A stretch of 64,000 bases of DNA. It comes from Camelus dromedarius (taxonomy: Eukaryota). The stretch lies in NCBI RefSeq assembly GCF_036321535.1, contig NC_087438.1, forward strand, positions 12,154,001 to 12,218,000, in the 5' to 3' direction. Made by a program: the position numbers and the translations under genes. The notes beneath the pieces are model-generated. The model was not told the DNA's origin. It worked only from the letters and a program-made list of their open reading frames with translations, and did no database searches. Of this stretch, positions 60,336 through 64,000 are shown one piece after another (within the stretch, counting starts at the first letter, position 1; each line of letters starts with the position of its first letter).

Positions 60336-61639
60336 CCTTTTAAGGGTGTCCTGACCCCATCCTGCCTATCCTACTAATTGCTCAGCATCCCCCCAACACA
60401 CTCCAGACTCCATAAGCAAAGGGAACTTCTCCCAGTTTAGTGAGGCCATCACACCAAGTTCAGTCTCAACTTTTCATCTTCACGTATGGTATCCAACTAG
60501 CCCTTCCATCTACTCACCTCTCATCCCTCCTTTGGAGGGGCTGGCAGTAATACTACATAGGGTCCTTCACCCACCTATTTGTTCCCTCTCCCTACCTCTT
60601 ATCTCCTCATACAACACATACCCCTCCTCTATGAGTCTTTAGGGACTTACAGGTGTGGGTACTGGTCTTCCCAGGTCTCATCAATGGTGGGAAGAGACAA
60701 AGGAGGGTAGGACTCATCAGACCCTCTCCAAGGTGCTGGCCCCCTGCAGCAGGAAACCCGTAAAGAAATTCAGGGTGGAAGTTTGGGATGGGGTCCAAGG
60801 TTAGAGCTGAAGTGCTGGGCAGAGTTGTCCTCTGGGAGTCGCCAGAGGCTGGGAAAGGCTGACAAGGTGGAGCATTAGGCAAGAGGGCCTGGAGTTCCGG
60901 AAAGGGAATCCAGCATGAGGGCATAAAGGCAGGGGTTCATTCAGGGCACTTAGGAAAGAACAGAGCTGCTCTAACCCGGGGGTCAGAGCCAAACGACCAG
61001 CGGCCAGGCTGGAGCCACACAGGCTTACGGACACTGACACAGATGTCTGAACAGCCCCTGCGCCTGGAAGGAGTTCCAGGCAGGAGCTTTCCAAATAAAG
61101 ATTTGGTGGTGTTCGATGAGTAAGGTGGGGAGAGAGGTACGAAGGTTAGTCAAGTTCCTAAGGCCTTCACTTGACATTTTACTGTAAAACAGCCCTGTCA
61201 GATACAAGGGTTATAACATCTGACCTTTAAAAATTTTTTTTTAAGTTGACACATAAAAATTAAGTGTTTAATATAGAGCCCAAGAGGAGGTGAGTGGCGA
61301 AAAGTGGACTCAACTCTGATTTGTCTCCTAAGCACTTCACCTCTTTGTAGCTCTCCACCTCCATTTGAATTCAGGATGCTTAAGGCTAGAAGAAATATTT
61401 TCCTGAGGTCTGCTAAAGACCTCAGACAATAAGGATGGCCCTCAAGGTGGAAAAAAAGTTAATTGTCCTTCTTAGCACAAACAACAGACTCCTCTACCCG
61501 GATACAGGTCTGCTTACCAGCGAACTGTATCATTTAGGATCAGCAAGCCAACAGATAATGCATGATCTGGAGTGGTGGGGGAGACCCACAGGACTTCTTT
61601 TTCTATAACAGGACTCAAAGAAGGGCATCTACGCAGGCA

Positions 61640-62193
61640 GAGCAACACACCACTCCCCTGCCCTACCAAGATGCCCACAACTAGTTCCCAGGACCTGTGA
61701 CTACGTGATGTTGCAGGCAAAGGGACTCTGAAGATACAGTTAAAGCTGTAAACTCTTGAGACTGGGGATTATCCAGGTGAGTCCAATCGAACTGCATGAA
61801 TCTTTAAAAGCTGAGAACCTTCTTGGCTGCAGAGATAGGCAGGAGGAGGAAGAGATCTGAAGCACAAGAGGGACTCAACCCACAGTTGTTGGCTTTGAAC
61901 CTAAAGGAAGGGGCCCTCCAGCAGCTGGGAACAGCCCTCAGGAGACAGCCAGCAAGAAAACGAGGACCTCAGTCCTACAGCCCCAGGTAACTGCCCTCTG
62001 CCAATACCAGCAAAGAGCAGGAAACAGGTCCTCCCCTAGAGGCTCCAGAAAGGAACCCTGTCCTGCTTACACCTGGATTTTAGTCTGGTGAGATCCCTTC
62101 CAACTGTTCACCTACAAAGCTGCAAGAAAATTCACTTCTGTTAAGTTGGCACAGTTATGGTAATCTGTTATGCCAGCAAAAGAAAACTAACAC
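61640..62193 (+). mobile_element. MLT1D/E-type MaLR solo LTR
   Basis: ggcaaagggactctg.agat...ggattatccaggtg...acagccagcaagaaaac..ggacctcagtcctaca...gttatggtaatctgtta...gaaaactaacaca. Confidence 0.85.
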
Positions 62194-64000
62194 AGCACCT
62201 GTGTTATGTATCATTTTTTTCTCTCTTTTAATAATAGGGACAAGCATCACTCAGAGCCAGGATCAAAGGTGAAAAAGCTGCGCTTCTCTGACAGGTGGTG
62301 GTTTTGTCTTGATGGGGCAGTGTCTGACAGCTACTGGCACCCACTCAAATCACTTCAGCAGTGATAAGATAACCCAGGTGGCTGCTTTATGGAGAATAAT
62401 ACAATTATCCAGGTCCCAAAAGGAAGGTATGTACAGGTCTAATTAATTAAACTGAGTTGCAAATTGGATGTACAAAAATCCTATGTTTTTCCTGCAGAGG
62501 GGAGGAAAAAGACATTCATTCCAGGAAAAAGGACCAAGATCCTATTCATGGTTTATTGGGCAATTTAGCTGTCAGGTTTAAACATCACTATCCTGAAAAG
62601 GGGAGGTGGGGAGCTTTTTAAGCCTCTGTCTTTTAAACCCCTTGGATAATTTTTTCCCCCTAATTCACCTACTTTTTCTTGACTATTAAATGTGTAACAA
62701 GAACTTGCATCTAAAGACAGAAGAGTATAAGTTCTGAAATATTCACCTATAAGAGCCATGTACCAATGGAGAAATTTTAAATCTAGCTTCACCTTTATCA
62801 TCAACTAGGTTCTTTCTAATACACATGGAATTTGTTTTACTATTATTATCGGAGAACTACCAGGTGCCTGGCACTGTCCTTGGCTCAGGGAAGACAAACT
62901 GAGCAAGGAAACTGCTGTGTGCACAAAGTTCCATGGTGGTGCCAAATACTTGATACCAAAGGCACAGGCACGGTACATGGTTACCTGGACACCTGCGTCA
63001 TGGGGGTCCCACGGGAAGGAGGAGACACAAGTCACCTTCGAGGAGATTTTTGAGATGGGAACAGAGAAGTAAGTACACGTTAATTCTGTGGCCCAGGCAC
63101 AAGTAGACTAGATGGCCACTTTCACATCAGCACGTGTGACCGCTACCTTTTCTGAGAATCATACAGAAAACACTGTCATTGAAGCACTGAGTGTGAAGCA
63201 AGCTCCGCCAGTCAAAGGACTAGAACGGGACGAATTTCCCAAGACGAGGCTGCCTGAAAACATCTGGCAAATACCAGGTCAATCCAGCCAAAATGACGCT
63301 TTCACAATATAAAAAGAAAGCATATAAGTGTACCTTTTTTTTTTTTTTTTTAAAGCTGGGGAGAATGTAGCATTAAACCCAGAAATACCTAATTCCTCCT
63401 CTTTCCCCATCCTCCTCGTCTGGTCTAAGGGCAGGTAAATTAGAAGAACCTCAGTACTAAGAGTGCCTTGAGTCTCACCTGCTAGCTCTACCGCATAAGG
63501 CTGATACAATTATTCATCTTAGTTACAAGCATATTGGCCAAATTAAATGTTAACTGCTAAGGAACAGAAATTACTAAAAGATCAAGGGTTTTTCCAACAT
63601 CAAAATTTGGAGTTTTTAAAAAAACCTGAATGTAAACTTGACAATAAAAACAAACATGTGTAAGCAGCTGCCCAGTTTTCTATAAAGATCTGCAAACAGG
63701 CAGATGAAAAGATAAAATCTGCAGATCATTTTTTGACCAGTAATTTAAGTACTTTAATGTCAAAAAGTGATTATTATAGAAGTGATTTTTGAAGATCACT
63801 TTCATAACATAGGTACCGTCACACTTCATGGAAGTGGAGAGAAAACGTGTGGCTGCCTCGGCGGGACAGGGCTCCCATCAAAACAGCAACCCCACAAATG
63901 AGGTGGGCTCTCCTGATTCCAGATAGCCCCTTAGATGGGCTCCAGAACCAGAAAAAAAGGGAAAACTCATGAAAGGAGAAAAATCAAGAAAGCAAAAATA

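Noticed and set aside
61518..61602. Possible 85-nt poison exon in intron 3 (ttatag| ... CTG|gtaagc, in-frame TGA)
   Set aside because: Splice-like motifs only; such pseudo-exons are common in long introns and there is no further support in the sequence
51260..64000. MYO10 exon 3 or another gene
   Set aside because: No sequence encoding the expected exon 3 peptide was found; the region is repeat-rich intron

Overview
Mammalian genomic DNA, very probably from a camelid (alpaca/llama/camel), judged by five copies of a tRNA-derived SINE of the Vic-1 type. The whole window lies inside MYO10 (unconventional myosin-X) on the minus strand. I resolved 16 consecutive coding exons, equivalent to human exons 4-19, between 51259 and 23896. 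They splice at GT-AG boundaries into one 1650-nt, 550-codon open frame covering most of the motor domain (P-loop GESGAGKT, switch [10 protein letters not shown], switch [11 protein letters not shown], and the FVRCIKPN motif). Positions 51260-64000 are intron 3 and positions 1-23895 are part of the large intron 19, where the known 'headless' MYO10 transcripts start. The rest is typical intronic repeat content (L1, L2, MIR, MER2, MER20, MER58, MER21, MLT1). Almost all ORFs in the supplied track look spurious. I found no convincing new biological system. The best leads are: a U12-type intron next to a 14-nt microexon, candidate internal promoters and first exons in intron 19 (one would add MASTDD in frame), a lineage-specific SINE inserted at the exon 16 acceptor, and several local duplications. 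Exon numbering, human protein comparisons and repeat family names come from my recall, not from a database search, and repeat boundaries are approximate.
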